Assembly: GCA_943788985.1 (NCBI GenBank)
Contig: CALSSJ010000012.1
Coordinates: 32,001 to 96,000 of the forward strand
Source of the DNA: an uncultured Lentisphaerales bacterium
GTDB lineage: Bacteria; Verrucomicrobiota; Lentisphaeria; JABSQK01; UBA12247
Direction: 5' to 3'
DNA length: 64,000 nt
The notes beneath the pieces are model-generated. The model was not told where the DNA came from and made no database searches. It saw only the letters and a program-made list of their open reading frames with translations. The translations under genes were made by a program, and so were the position numbers. Of this stretch, positions 51,620 to 63,271 are shown one piece after another. Every line of letters begins with the position of its first letter. Position 1 is the first letter of the stretch.

Positions 51620-52996
51620 TTACTTGGTCAGGCCCCCGAGTGGGGCGAGTACGAAGGGCTCGCGCTCTTTGGCGGGCCGACGGTGGAAGACGTCGAGCAA
51701 CGGCTGCACGATCTCTTGCTCGGCCTTGAGGGCGGTTTCGCGACGACGCTGGGTGGACTCTTCATCACGAATGTTGCGTTGGAGCTCGCGCAGGCGGGTG
51801 TACTCCCGCGGGGTGAAGGTGATGGGGCGGTTGGTCTGGCGCCAGCTAAGGCCCTGGAGTTCTTTGCGCATTTTGTCGAGGGCAGCCTGACGCTGGTTCC
51901 ACTGCTGGTGCAGCAAGCGCTCGTAGACCGACCAGGCGCGAGTCTCGGCGACGACCGCGCGTATGCCAAACGGGGAATCTTCGAACTTGTGATGCAGGTC
52001 TCGGTATTGCAGGGCTAGTTCCTGCAGCAGGGAGGCTTCGACGCCTTTGACCATGAGCTCGACTTCTTGGCGAACTAGCTTGCGGAACTGGCTGCCCTCG
52101 TAGAGGGTGTCGCCAATGAGCGCGTTGGCCGTGGCCTGATTGAGAAGTGCGGCAACGTGCGCTTGGGTGGTCGGGCGGGCGAAAGGGATGCGCGGGTCGC
52201 CGCCGAGCCGGTGCAATGCCAGGAACTTTTGCCAGGCTTTCATACCATGCGCATCGGAGATGCGGGCTCGAATCCAGCTCTCGACGAAATCCCGCTCCTT
52301 ATCGGTGCCACGCAGAACTTGGAGATCGAGCCAGTCGATGAGTCTGCCGGTGGCAGCGTAGGGTTGGTCGGGCTGCCGCCACTCATGGTAGGTGACGACA
52401 CCGCCCAAGCGGGAAAACAGGCTGATTGCGGACTGCGCTGCAGCAAATTCGTAGTCGAGCTCGCCAGTGCCGACGAGGATAGCAAGCTCTTTGTGATACA
52501 GCGGGGCTTCCTGGGGCAGCAGCCCAGGTTTTAGAATCACGGCGCCGGCAATCGCGCCGGGGCGCTGCCAGCTGATCTCGGCTGCGACCATGGCGCCGGC
52601 GCGCAGGCCGCCGACATAGACACGCTTCTCGTCGATGTTCAGAAAGCGCCGCAGATGGCTCATCGTGGCTTCGCAGGTGCGCCAGTTGTCCTGAAACCGC
52701 AGGATGGGATTGCCGTCGCGATCCTTTGGGTAGCTCATGCCTACGGCAATGAAGCCGTGCCCACGATGGGCGAGGGCGGCGGGGCCAATGTCGGGAAAGC
52801 GGTCGGGCTGCCCAAACCAGAACATGATGGGGTAGGCGATTCGTGCATCGTAGGCCTTGGGCGTGTAGACGCGCAGGTAGGGGTGCATGAGGCCGTGTTG
52901 GCGTATGTTTGTCTGCTGGCCGGCTGGGTACGGCACGTCTGCCTGGGTGAGGCAGGCTGCAAGGCAGAGAAGTATGATCAGGGGCGATTTTGCCAT
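51620..52996 (-). CDS. Hypothetical secreted protein with degenerate alpha/beta-hydrolase-like N-terminus and helical/coiled-coil C-terminus
   Basis: Signal peptide; IDEKRVYVGGLRAGA, lacking the Ser of G-x-S-x-G; charged helical tail. Confidence 0.6.
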   Translation of the reverse strand: MAKSPLIILLCLAACLTQADVPYPAGQQTNIRQHGLMHPYLRVYTPKAYDARIAYPIMFWFGQPDRFPDIGPAALAHRGHGFIAVGMSYPKDRDGNPILRFQDNWRTCEATMSHLRRFLNIDEKRVYVGGLRAGAMVAAEISWQRPGAIAGAVILKPGLLPQEAPLYHKELAILVGTGELDYEFAAAQSAISLFSRLGGVVTYHEWRQPDQPYAATGRLIDWLDLQVLRGTDKERDFVESWIRARISDAHGMKAWQKFLALHRLGGDPRIPFARPTTQAHVAALLNQATANALIGDTLYEGSQFRKLVRQEVELMVKGVEASLLQELALQYRDLHHKFEDSPFGIRAVVAETRAWSVYERLLHQQWNQRQAALDKMRKELQGLSWRQTNRPITFTPREYTRLRELQRNIRDEESTQRRRETALKAEQEIVQPLLDVFHRRPAKEREPFVLAPLGGLTK

Positions 52997-53007
52997 GGTA
53001 GTGTCCG

Positions 53008-53376
53008 TCAGGTCGCGAGGGCGCGGGCGATAGTGAGGCCTAGAAGTACGGCAATCCCGCCGAAGCCTAACTGTGCCACAACATTGAATAGCGCCAAGCG
53101 GTGCTGATCGTTTTGGATCAGTGAGATGGTTTCATAGCCGAACGAGGAGAAGGTGGTGAAGCCGCCAAGGAAGCCGGTAATGAGCAACAATTGCAGGTAT
53201 TTCTGCTCCTGGCTAAGCAGCCCGGCGGCCAGGCCAATGAGCAGGCAGCCGAGGCCGTTTGCCGTGAACGTCGCCCACGGAAACCCTTGCGGGCTCTTGA
53301 GAAAGTGACTGATCAGGTAGCGGCAAACGGAACCAGCAAAGCCGCCGACTCCAACGAGAAGCAATTTTAGTGGCAT
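53008..53376 (-). CDS. crcB: Fluoride efflux channel Fluc/CrcB
   Basis: GGFAGSVCRY, FPWATFTAN, TGFLGGFTTFSSF. Confidence 0.95.
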   Translation of the reverse strand: MPLKLLLVGVGGFAGSVCRYLISHFLKSPQGFPWATFTANGLGCLLIGLAAGLLSQEQKYLQLLLITGFLGGFTTFSSFGYETISLIQNDQHRLALFNVVAQLGFGGIAVLLGLTIARALAT

Positions 53377-53397
53377 ATCGTCGAAGCCGGGCGGGGA

Positions 53398-55680
<2,283 letters not shown>

Positions 55681-55684
<4 letters not shown>

Positions 55685-56625
55685 GCGTAGCTCTCCGCGA
55701 GATCTTCGATGTAGCGAATGACCTCGTCTTCAAGAGTACGGCCGTAGATGGCGTTCATTTCCTGCAGGCATGTGGGAGAGGTGACATTGACTTCGATCAG
55801 AAAGTTGCCGATGACGTCGATCCCGACAAAGTGGAGGCCGAGCTCGCGGAGGTAGGGGCGCAGGACGCCAATGATCTGCAGGTCCCGTTCAGTGATCTCG
55901 GTGGGCTGCGGACGGCCGCCAGCGAAGAAGTTGTTGCGGTGGTCCTCTTGGCCGTGCACGCGCAGCACCGCGCCGAGTGGCTCCCCGCCGAGCAGCAGAA
56001 TTCGCTTATCGCCGGTGGCTGCCTCGGGCACGTGTTGCTGAATAATCACGTGGTTACTGCCGTGATTGCTGAGTGTTTCGAAGATGACGCGGGCATTCGA
56101 ATCATCCTGACGCACGTCAAAGACGCCCATGCCGCCAAAGCCGTCCGTGGGCTTCATGATGGCGCGGCCAAACTCGGCGAGAAACTGCGCGGCATCATCG
56201 TAATGCTGTGTGAGCAGACCGGTTGGTTGGAGGTCCGTGAACTGCATCGCCCAGATCTTCTCGTTTACAGTACGGATGCCAGAAGGCCGGTTGATGACGG
56301 GCGTTGTCTTGGGGAGATGCTCCAGTAACCAGGTGTGGAGCAAGTACTCTTGGTTGAACGGTGGGTCGGTGCGGATGAATACGGCGTCGATCTGGCTGCC
56401 GCTGAGCACGGTGCCCTCGAAAATCTGGAACGGGGGTGAGGCGGCGCGATCCGGCTGAACCCGAAGGACGCGGGCATGAAGCTCGCCATGGTGTAGGCTG
56501 AGGCCGTCTCGATTCAAATAAAATATGGCGTGGCCACGCTTTGCTGCCCCCTCCATGAATGCGAAAGAGGTGTCCTTTTCTTTCTTTATTGTGGACATCT
56601 GGTCCATTAGGAAAACGGTATTCAT
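55681..56625 (-). CDS. gshB: Glutathione synthetase (ATP-grasp)
   Basis: KDTSFA, RTDPPF, NEK, KPTDGFGG, GDKRI, GIDVIG, EVNVTSPT. Confidence 0.93.
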
Positions 56626-56779
56626 GGGCTAAAACACACTTTTCTACACACTCGTACATTTTCCGCTGGTAAAAAGCGAGTACTGTAGGCGCGCGGGCCT
56701 CGTGCGCAAGGCAGGTCCAGCGCCGCACTACCAAAGCGCTGCATGTAAAGCAACCAAAGCAAATCGAACTAGGACTTCT

Positions 56780-58729
56780 ATGGCTTATATCATCGTCGAG
56801 AACGGTGCCTTGCAGGGCCAGCAGTTTCAGCTCGGCGACGAGGCGTTTCTGATCGGTCGGCATTCGTCCTGTGACATCGTCCTGCCGATACCGGGGGTTT
56901 CCCGGAAGCACAGTCAGATCTCAAAGACGGGATCCGGCTACAAGGTCGAGGATCTGAAGAGCCGAAACGGGATCTATGTCAACGGCGTGCCAGTAAAGAA
57001 GTCAGCGCTGCATCATAATGATGTGGTGAACGTGAGCCGTTTCATCATGCGTTTCTTTGACCCGACGGTAGCCAAGCAGCAGGCAGTTGCGCCCGAAGCG
57101 ATCGTCCCGCCGGGGACTGGTTCCGTAAGCGGAACCCGCAGCCCAAGCGTGACGATGCCGGGGCGGAAGATGTCCACTCTATGGTTCGAAGACAGCCCGG
57201 GATTGGGGGCCTCGATGGCGCTCGACGCGACGCGATTTCCGGTCATGGCGCACATCGGGCAGGATCCGAACCAGGCGCGTGATTTGCAGAAACGGCTGGA
57301 TATTTTTTACCAAGTCTCGCAGGCGATGTCATCGACCACCGAGGAGGGGACGCTGCTGTCGCAGATTTTAGACTGCCTGATGGAGGTGTTTCCACAGATC
57401 ATTCGGGCCTATGTCACGACTGGCGACGACATGGAGTCGTTGCAGTTGCGGGCGGTGCGACATCGCAGCGAGGAAGACGCGAGCAAGCCGCTACGACTGA
57501 GCCGCTCGGTGATTGCAGAAGTGATGAGTCGTCGCGAAGCGTTGCTGATTTCTGATTTGTCATCGAGCGAGGAGTATTCGCAGGCTCAAAGCCTGGTGGG
57601 GCAGAACATCTGCTCGATCATGTGTGCGCCGCTGATCGCTCACGATGAGATCTACGGGATTCTGCAGGCTGAGGCCAACCTCGCCTCGCATTCTTTTGCC
57701 GGGGAGGACCTGAACGTGTTGGTGGGAATCGCCGTGCAGGCGGCGTTGTTTCTGCGCAATTCTAAGCTGTTGAACGACATCGCGCTGGAGACCAGTCGGC
57801 GTTCCCAACTGCAGCGCTACTTCTCACCGACGGTGGCCCAGCAGGTGATGAACAACAACCTGCAGTTGGGCGGCGAGATGCGCGATGGCTGCATTATGTT
57901 CTGTGACATTGTGGGCTACACGGTCCATTCGGAGGACCGCAGTCCAGCAGATGTGATCCGTGAATTGAATCGCTATTTCGGAATCATGGTCGGGATCATT
58001 CTGACTGAAAAGGGCACGGTGGATAAGTTCGGTGGCGATGCCATCATGGCGGTGTGGGGCGCTCCGGTTGCGATTGAGCAAGATGCCAAATTTTCGATCT
58101 CGGCAGCACTGCAGATGCAGAACTCTGTGGTCAGGCTCTCGGAAGCTAGTGATGGCGTGGGGATGGGGATCGGCCTGCATTATGGTGAGTTCGTGGCCGG
58201 GAACATTGGGTCAAACGAGCGGATGGAGTACACCGTCATCGGCGAGCATGTGAACATCGCGGCGCGGGTCGAATCAAAGGCCGCGCGTGACATGTTGCTG
58301 GTCACGGAGTCTGTCGTGCATCGGGCTAGTGATGAGGTGTTATTGGGCTGCAGCTTTCTACCGATTCCGCTGAAGGGAGTCAAGAATGCGGCCAAGTTGA
58401 CGTCAATTCGCGGCATCAGAACCGAAGACGGCTATCTACTGAGCATCCCAGCGATATTGAACGATCAGCATGGCAAGATTACCTTCTATGAGCCTACGGC
58501 ACGCGTGTTCAAGTTTGTGTGCCGCGGGCTGTTGGTCGCTGGCATCGGCTCGATTCGGCTGGAGCTGCCCGAAGAGAAGAAGAATACGGCCACCTATCAT
58601 GTCGAGGTTGGGGAGGTCACGAACAGCAGTTTCTACAGTTTTTCCTTTGTGGAGACCCCGCCGCTGATCTACAGCATGTTTAAGGAAGGGATCGTCCCGA
58701 TGGACGAGATCTCTTGGCGCCGCAGATGA
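56780..58729 (+). CDS. FHA-GAF-class III adenylate/guanylate cyclase
   Basis: FHA motifs IGR, SRKH and DLKSRNG; GAF motif SIMCAPL; cyclase motifs FCDIVGYT, DKFGGDAIMA and YTVIGEHVNIAARVES. Confidence 0.92.
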   Translation: MAYIIVENGALQGQQFQLGDEAFLIGRHSSCDIVLPIPGVSRKHSQISKTGSGYKVEDLKSRNGIYVNGVPVKKSALHHNDVVNVSRFIMRFFDPTVAKQQAVAPEAIVPPGTGSVSGTRSPSVTMPGRKMSTLWFEDSPGLGASMALDATRFPVMAHIGQDPNQARDLQKRLDIFYQVSQAMSSTTEEGTLLSQILDCLMEVFPQIIRAYVTTGDDMESLQLRAVRHRSEEDASKPLRLSRSVIAEVMSRREALLISDLSSSEEYSQAQSLVGQNICSIMCAPLIAHDEIYGILQAEANLASHSFAGEDLNVLVGIAVQAALFLRNSKLLNDIALETSRRSQLQRYFSPTVAQQVMNNNLQLGGEMRDGCIMFCDIVGYTVHSEDRSPADVIRELNRYFGIMVGIILTEKGTVDKFGGDAIMAVWGAPVAIEQDAKFSISAALQMQNSVVRLSEASDGVGMGIGLHYGEFVAGNIGSNERMEYTVIGEHVNIAARVESKAARDMLLVTESVVHRASDEVLLGCSFLPIPLKGVKNAAKLTSIRGIRTEDGYLLSIPAILNDQHGKITFYEPTARVFKFVCRGLLVAGIGSIRLELPEEKKNTATYHVEVGEVTNSSFYSFSFVETPPLIYSMFKEGIVPMDEISWRRR

Positions 58730-59274
58730 GCGAGGTACTGACACGGTCCAACGCGGTCCTAGTGATTGTGGATATGCAGGAGAGACTGATGCCGGCGATG
58801 TCGAACGCCGAGCAGGCAACTCGAGCCGCCCGAATCATTGCCGCTGGAACCAGAGTACTCGACATTCCAGTGATCGTCACTGAGCAGAATCCGTCTCGTC
58901 TGGGGCCGACGCTTGCCGAGATCGCAGCAGAGGCAGAGGACAGCGTGAAGCTGGAGAAGCTTAGCTTCAGTTGCTGCGGTGCAGGCGGGTTTCTGGATAT
59001 CCTACGAGGCTATGGCCGGTCGCAGGTGCTTTTGGCTGGGATCGAAACCCATGTCTGCATCTACCAGACAGCGCGCGATCTGCTGGCGGAGGGGCTTTCA
59101 GTGCAATTGGTGGCCGATGCCATCACGTCTCGACTTCCGGAGCATCGGGAGCTTGCCATGCGTCGCATGGAGTCTCTTGGCGCAAGTATCACCTCGAGCG
59201 AGATGGCTTTGTTTGAGATGCTCGGTGTTGCGGAGGGTGACGCGTTCAAAGCCATCCTCAATATCGTGCGCTGA
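58726..59274 (+). CDS. Isochorismatase-family hydrolase
   Basis: VIVDMQERL, TEQNP, KLSFSC, GIETHVCIYQT. Confidence 0.9.
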   Translation: MSEVLTRSNAVLVIVDMQERLMPAMSNAEQATRAARIIAAGTRVLDIPVIVTEQNPSRLGPTLAEIAAEAEDSVKLEKLSFSCCGAGGFLDILRGYGRSQVLLAGIETHVCIYQTARDLLAEGLSVQLVADAITSRLPEHRELAMRRMESLGASITSSEMALFEMLGVAEGDAFKAILNIVR

Positions 59275-59291
59275 GAATCGGCTGAGGTCAC

Positions 59292-60005
59292 TTGCAGGAT
59301 ATCTCAACTCTGGGACTGGCTCTGGCCTTTCTCCCCGTATTCGGGGTCATCTGGATCCTGTACGTCTGGGGAATCGGCGCGCGCCTGTCTTGCTACGCCG
59401 TGCTCAGAATGCTCACCCAACTGTTGCTGATCGGCTATGTGCTGATTTATGTGTTTCGTGCACAGACCGGGGGGATCATCGTGGGCGTCGTGGCTAGTAT
59501 GATCGTCATTTCCGGCTGGATCGCGCTGCGTACAGTGCCGACCAAGCGCTGGCCCCTTTACAGCCGGGCTGCGCTAGCCATCGCGATTGGGGGTGGCAGC
59601 GTGTTGGTGCTGATCACACAGGTTGTGTTAAAACTTGACCGCTGGTATGAGCCCACGTTCGTCGTTCCGCTGGCTGGGATGATCTTTGCCGGGAGCATGA
59701 ACAGCGTCAGCCTGTCTGCCGAGCGCATCTATTCTGAGCTTGCCGGCGGTGCGACCTACGAGGACGCGCGTCGCTGCGCTCTCAATGCGGCCTTGATCCC
59801 GATTACCAACTCACTATTCGCCGTCGGACTGGTTTCTTTGCCCGGGATGATGACCGGCCAGATTCTGGCTGGGGTATCGCCAATCCTGGCTGCTCGCTAC
59901 CAGATTATGGTTATGTGCATGGCGTTCGCTGCCGCCGGGCTTTCAGCGGCAGTTTTCCTGTGGCTGATCCGATCTTTGGCGGCCGCAGATAAAAAGTCGC
60001 CATGA
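59292..60005 (+). CDS. ABC transporter permease, UPF0014 (FetB/YbbM-like)
   Basis: RMLTQLLLIGYVL, PLAGMI, GLVSLPGMMTGQILAG, ARYQIMVM. Confidence 0.9.
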   Translation: MQDISTLGLALAFLPVFGVIWILYVWGIGARLSCYAVLRMLTQLLLIGYVLIYVFRAQTGGIIVGVVASMIVISGWIALRTVPTKRWPLYSRAALAIAIGGGSVLVLITQVVLKLDRWYEPTFVVPLAGMIFAGSMNSVSLSAERIYSELAGGATYEDARRCALNAALIPITNSLFAVGLVSLPGMMTGQILAGVSPILAARYQIMVMCMAFAAAGLSAAVFLWLIRSLAAADKKSP

Positions 60006-60170
60006 CCGCTTGCAGCTATCGGATTCGAAGGTATATGTGGACTGTAAGAGAGGGCAAAATTCTCTGACAGCTCTATACATCGGGATCGCAAGATCTTACT
60101 GTCTTCACAGTTTCAGAGCCCCTTTGCCCTCTCTTTTTTTATCCCCTGTTGATGACGCAATGGTGAGCGA

Positions 60171-61070
60171 TTGATGCAACTACAACGCGCATCCAGACGC
60201 CTTGTGTTCCCGAAGGCTGGTGCGGCGCGTCAGGTGCTTGACGCCATCTCCGAAATCGAGCTCCGCGAGACCGTGGAGAAGATCGCCATTCCTCGGCATT
60301 TTACGGCTGAGACAGCTGCGAACCAGCGCATTGGCCAGTGGTTGTTCACAGAATTAGAGAGCCTGGGGCTCAGCGTAGCGGTGCAAGGGCAGTCCCGGAA
60401 CATCGTCGCCCATCGGCCTAACATCGTACCCGAAGTTTGGATTGGCGCGCACTACGACTCTATCCCCGGTTGCCCGGGCGCAGATGATAATGCTAGTGCT
60501 GTGGCAGCAGCGCTGGCCTGTGCGAGAGCACTCGCGCAATTGGCTCCTATGCACAACATCGGGTTTGTGGCCTTCAATCGGGAGGAGGACGGGTTGGTCG
60601 GCAGTCGCGAGTTTGTGCATGGCTGGCTGTTGCGCAAGGGAATTCCCGCTCGTGAGGTGCACATTCTTGAGATGATCGGCTACGCCTCAAGTCTTCCTGG
60701 ATCCCAACAGACGCCTGGCGGCCTGCCGCTGCGCTTGCCGAAGACCGGCGATTTTCTTGGCCTGCTTGGCAACCGTCACTCTAGTGGGCTGGTGGACATG
60801 ATGCTGGCCCAGGCTGCTGGCACTCTGCCGGGGCTGCCCGTCTATGGCTTGAAAGTGGGCTTTGGCCTAGAGCGACACTTTGGCGTGCTGATGAGAAGTG
60901 ACCATGCGCCGTTCTGGGAAGCGAACATGCCTGCAGTGATGTGGACCGATACCAGCGAGTTCCGGAATCCCAACTATCACAAACTCACCGATACGCCTGA
61001 TACCTTGGATTATCCGTTTCTGCGCGCAGTCACCACGCTGCTTACTGTGCGCGTATTGGCGACCGGCTGA
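60171..61070 (+). CDS. M28-family peptidase
   Basis: GAHYDS, GADDNAS, EEDGLVGS, RSDHAPF, YHKLTD. Confidence 0.9.
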   Translation: MMQLQRASRRLVFPKAGAARQVLDAISEIELRETVEKIAIPRHFTAETAANQRIGQWLFTELESLGLSVAVQGQSRNIVAHRPNIVPEVWIGAHYDSIPGCPGADDNASAVAAALACARALAQLAPMHNIGFVAFNREEDGLVGSREFVHGWLLRKGIPAREVHILEMIGYASSLPGSQQTPGGLPLRLPKTGDFLGLLGNRHSSGLVDMMLAQAAGTLPGLPVYGLKVGFGLERHFGVLMRSDHAPFWEANMPAVMWTDTSEFRNPNYHKLTDTPDTLDYPFLRAVTTLLTVRVLATG

Positions 61071-61072
61071 CG

Positions 61073-61621
61073 ATGTCCGAGGTGCACGCAGAGACCGAGG
61101 CCAAGGTCCCACAACCACAGAACGGCGCGTTCCGCGTGGTCCTGCTGATCGTCTCGGTGGCTGCGGCAGCCGTCGTCCTCTCGGGTTTGCCGCTCGTGGT
61201 CGATCATATAATTTAGCCCGTGGACCGAGCGACGGCCTGGCTGTTCGCCGGTCTAGCTAACGCTGTGGGGGCGGACGTAGCCAGAGTTGGGGCCGTGCTG
61301 ACCATCGGCGGTTTAAATCGGCAAGTCGTTATCGGCTACGGCTGTGATGGCGTGCTCGCCTATTTATTGTTGTGTAGCGTGATCATCCCGATTCCGGTGA
61401 CGATTCGACTACGCCCGGCCGGACTAGCGGCTGGTCTGGTGTTTGTGCTGGTGATGAATCAACTACGGGTTGCCGGACTTGTGCTGTCATTGACCACTGG
61501 CCCGAACGACGAGCTGTTCGAATTCTACCACATCTACGTAGGCCAGATGTTTGCCGTTGCGATAGTCTTCGTGTTCTGGTCGCATTGGCTAAAACTGGCT
61601 CTCAACAAGGCAAAATCGTGA
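61073..61621 (+). CDS. Exosortase/archaeosortase-family protein, interrupted by an in-frame TAG at 61214-61216
   Basis: Cys-Arg-His triad context GCDG / NQLRV / FYHIYVGQ. The ATG at 61073 is in frame and encodes a first transmembrane helix before the TAG. Confidence 0.7.
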
Positions 61622-62226
61622 ACGCACCAGTTGTCGAACAGCTAGAGGCGGCGCTGGCACCGTTTCGCGGGCGGGCACTATGGTCGATGCTCGCGAGGCT
61701 AGTCATGGCGACTGTGCTTGCCCTATTGCTGTGGCGCCAAGGCGGGCTGGAAAGCGTCGCCGGTGCTGCTGCGATGCCTGTCGTTCAGACAGCGCTTGGC
61801 TTGGCGACCGCCGAGGATGTGCTCAGCAACAACGACGAACCTCGCCGGATTCTCCAGTTTTCGGTGCCCAGTACGATCGCGAAAGGAGTGGCACTGGTGG
61901 AGCTTAAGGTCATGTTGCTTTTCGCCATCCTTGTACCAGCATTACTGCTTCTCGCGGCACCGTTGGGTGGTCTGCGGGATCTGCGGCGAATCGGCCTAAG
62001 TCTGCTGTTTGCCGTTCCCGCGATGATGGCGGTTGTTCTTCTGGATCTCGGAATCTATGCGATCGTGGTTCTGCGCCTGCGCTCTGGCAATGACTATCTA
62101 ATCTCCGACGAGACCAGTCAGGCTCTCAACAGCCTGGTGGTGGGATTTGATTTTCTGCTGATTCCGCTGGCCCTATCGGTCGCAGCTTGGACACTCGCAG
62201 GCAAGCTGCAGGCAGGCAAACAATAG
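61618..62226 (+). CDS. Membrane protein, probably exosortase-associated
   Basis: About four hydrophobic segments; GTGA overlap with the exosortase-like gene. Confidence 0.55.
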   Translation: MNAPVVEQLEAALAPFRGRALWSMLARLVMATVLALLLWRQGGLESVAGAAAMPVVQTALGLATAEDVLSNNDEPRRILQFSVPSTIAKGVALVELKVMLLFAILVPALLLLAAPLGGLRDLRRIGLSLLFAVPAMMAVVLLDLGIYAIVVLRLRSGNDYLISDETSQALNSLVVGFDFLLIPLALSVAAWTLAGKLQAGKQ

Positions 62227-62234
62227 CAGGCCCA

Positions 62235-62564
62235 ATGGCCACGGTGCGTGGCTATCGCGAGAACCGGCCGGTGCGTGATCGTGGCGCGGTCGTCTCGCTG
62301 CAAGCGCAACGTGTGTTGCGCGAATGGCATGGTGTGAGGGGGTCTGGAGCGGTATTTGTAGATGCGGGCATGGCCGAAGGAGTCGCCGGTGGCGATGCCG
62401 GGCCCAATAGCATCACAAGTGGCGGACTGGGCCTGATTGCCGAAGACGGTAAGCGATTCCGGGGCGAGCTGTGTTGGGCTAAGGCATTTCGCCATTACGA
62501 CAACTTTGTTGACCACATGCAAGACCGCGGCCTGCACGTGGCGGTGTCGTACCGGTTCTGGTAG
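62235..62564 (+). pseudogene. C-terminal remnant resembling a ShlB/FhaC/HecB (Omp85-family) beta-barrel
   Basis: TVRGYREN (VRGY motif), FVDAG, GLGL and an aromatic C-terminus VSYRFW; no room upstream for the rest of the gene. Confidence 0.5.
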
Positions 62565-62569
62565 TCGCC

Positions 62570-63271
62570 TTAGTCGTCCGCTTGGTGGATCGCGACGGTA
62601 ATCTCGCCTTTCCAGGTCTTTTCTGCGCACTGCGCAGCCAGCTCTCCCGCAGTCCCCCGAATGACCTCCTCATGCCGCTTGGTGGCTTCGCGCACGATCA
62701 CCACGCGGGTTCCTGGCCCGAGGGTCTCGCTGATCTCGACCAACAACTTGCTCACGCGGTGCGGTGACTCATAGAGGATGACCGTAGGCACGTCCTGGGC
62801 GATTGCGGCCAGACGGGTCCGGCGTTTCAGGCCTTTCTGCGGGAGAAATCCGGCAAAGCTAAAATGGGTGACTGGGAACCCGCAGGCCGTGGCGGCAAAG
62901 CACATGGCGCTCACTCCGGGAATGATTACTGGCTCGATGCCTCGTTCCACGGCGGCGCGCACGAGCACGAAGCCCGGATCGGAGATCGAGGGTGTTCCAG
63001 CATCGGTCAGCATCGCGATGCGGGCACCACCTTCGACCTCTTCAACCATGCGTTCGGTCTTGTGCTTCTCATTGTGTGCATGATAGCTAATCACGCGTTT
63101 GGAGATCTCAAAGTGAGTCAGTAGCCCTTTGGCACGGCGGGTATCTTCGGCGGCAACGATGGTCGCCTCGCGCAGCGTTTCGAGAGCCCTAAGGGTGATG
63201 TCCGAAAGATTGCCGATTGGTGTGGCAACGAGGGCGAGCCAGCCTTCGCCAGGTTCCGTAGGGGTGCTCAT
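62570..63271 (-). CDS. rsmI: 16S rRNA (cytidine(1402)-2'-O)-methyltransferase
   Basis: VATPIGNLSDITLRA, AEDTR, DAGTPSISDPG, YESPHR, REATKRHEE. Confidence 0.95.
   Translation of the reverse strand: MSTPTEPGEGWLALVATPIGNLSDITLRALETLREATIVAAEDTRRAKGLLTHFEISKRVISYHAHNEKHKTERMVEEVEGGARIAMLTDAGTPSISDPGFVLVRAAVERGIEPVIIPGVSAMCFAATACGFPVTHFSFAGFLPQKGLKRRTRLAAIAQDVPTVILYESPHRVSKLLVEISETLGPGTRVVIVREATKRHEEVIRGTAGELAAQCAEKTWKGEITVAIHQADD

Noticed and set aside
61214..61216. TAG recoding (pyrrolysine or alternative genetic code)
   Set aside because: Many intact genes in the window end normally at TAG, and no pyl genes are present.
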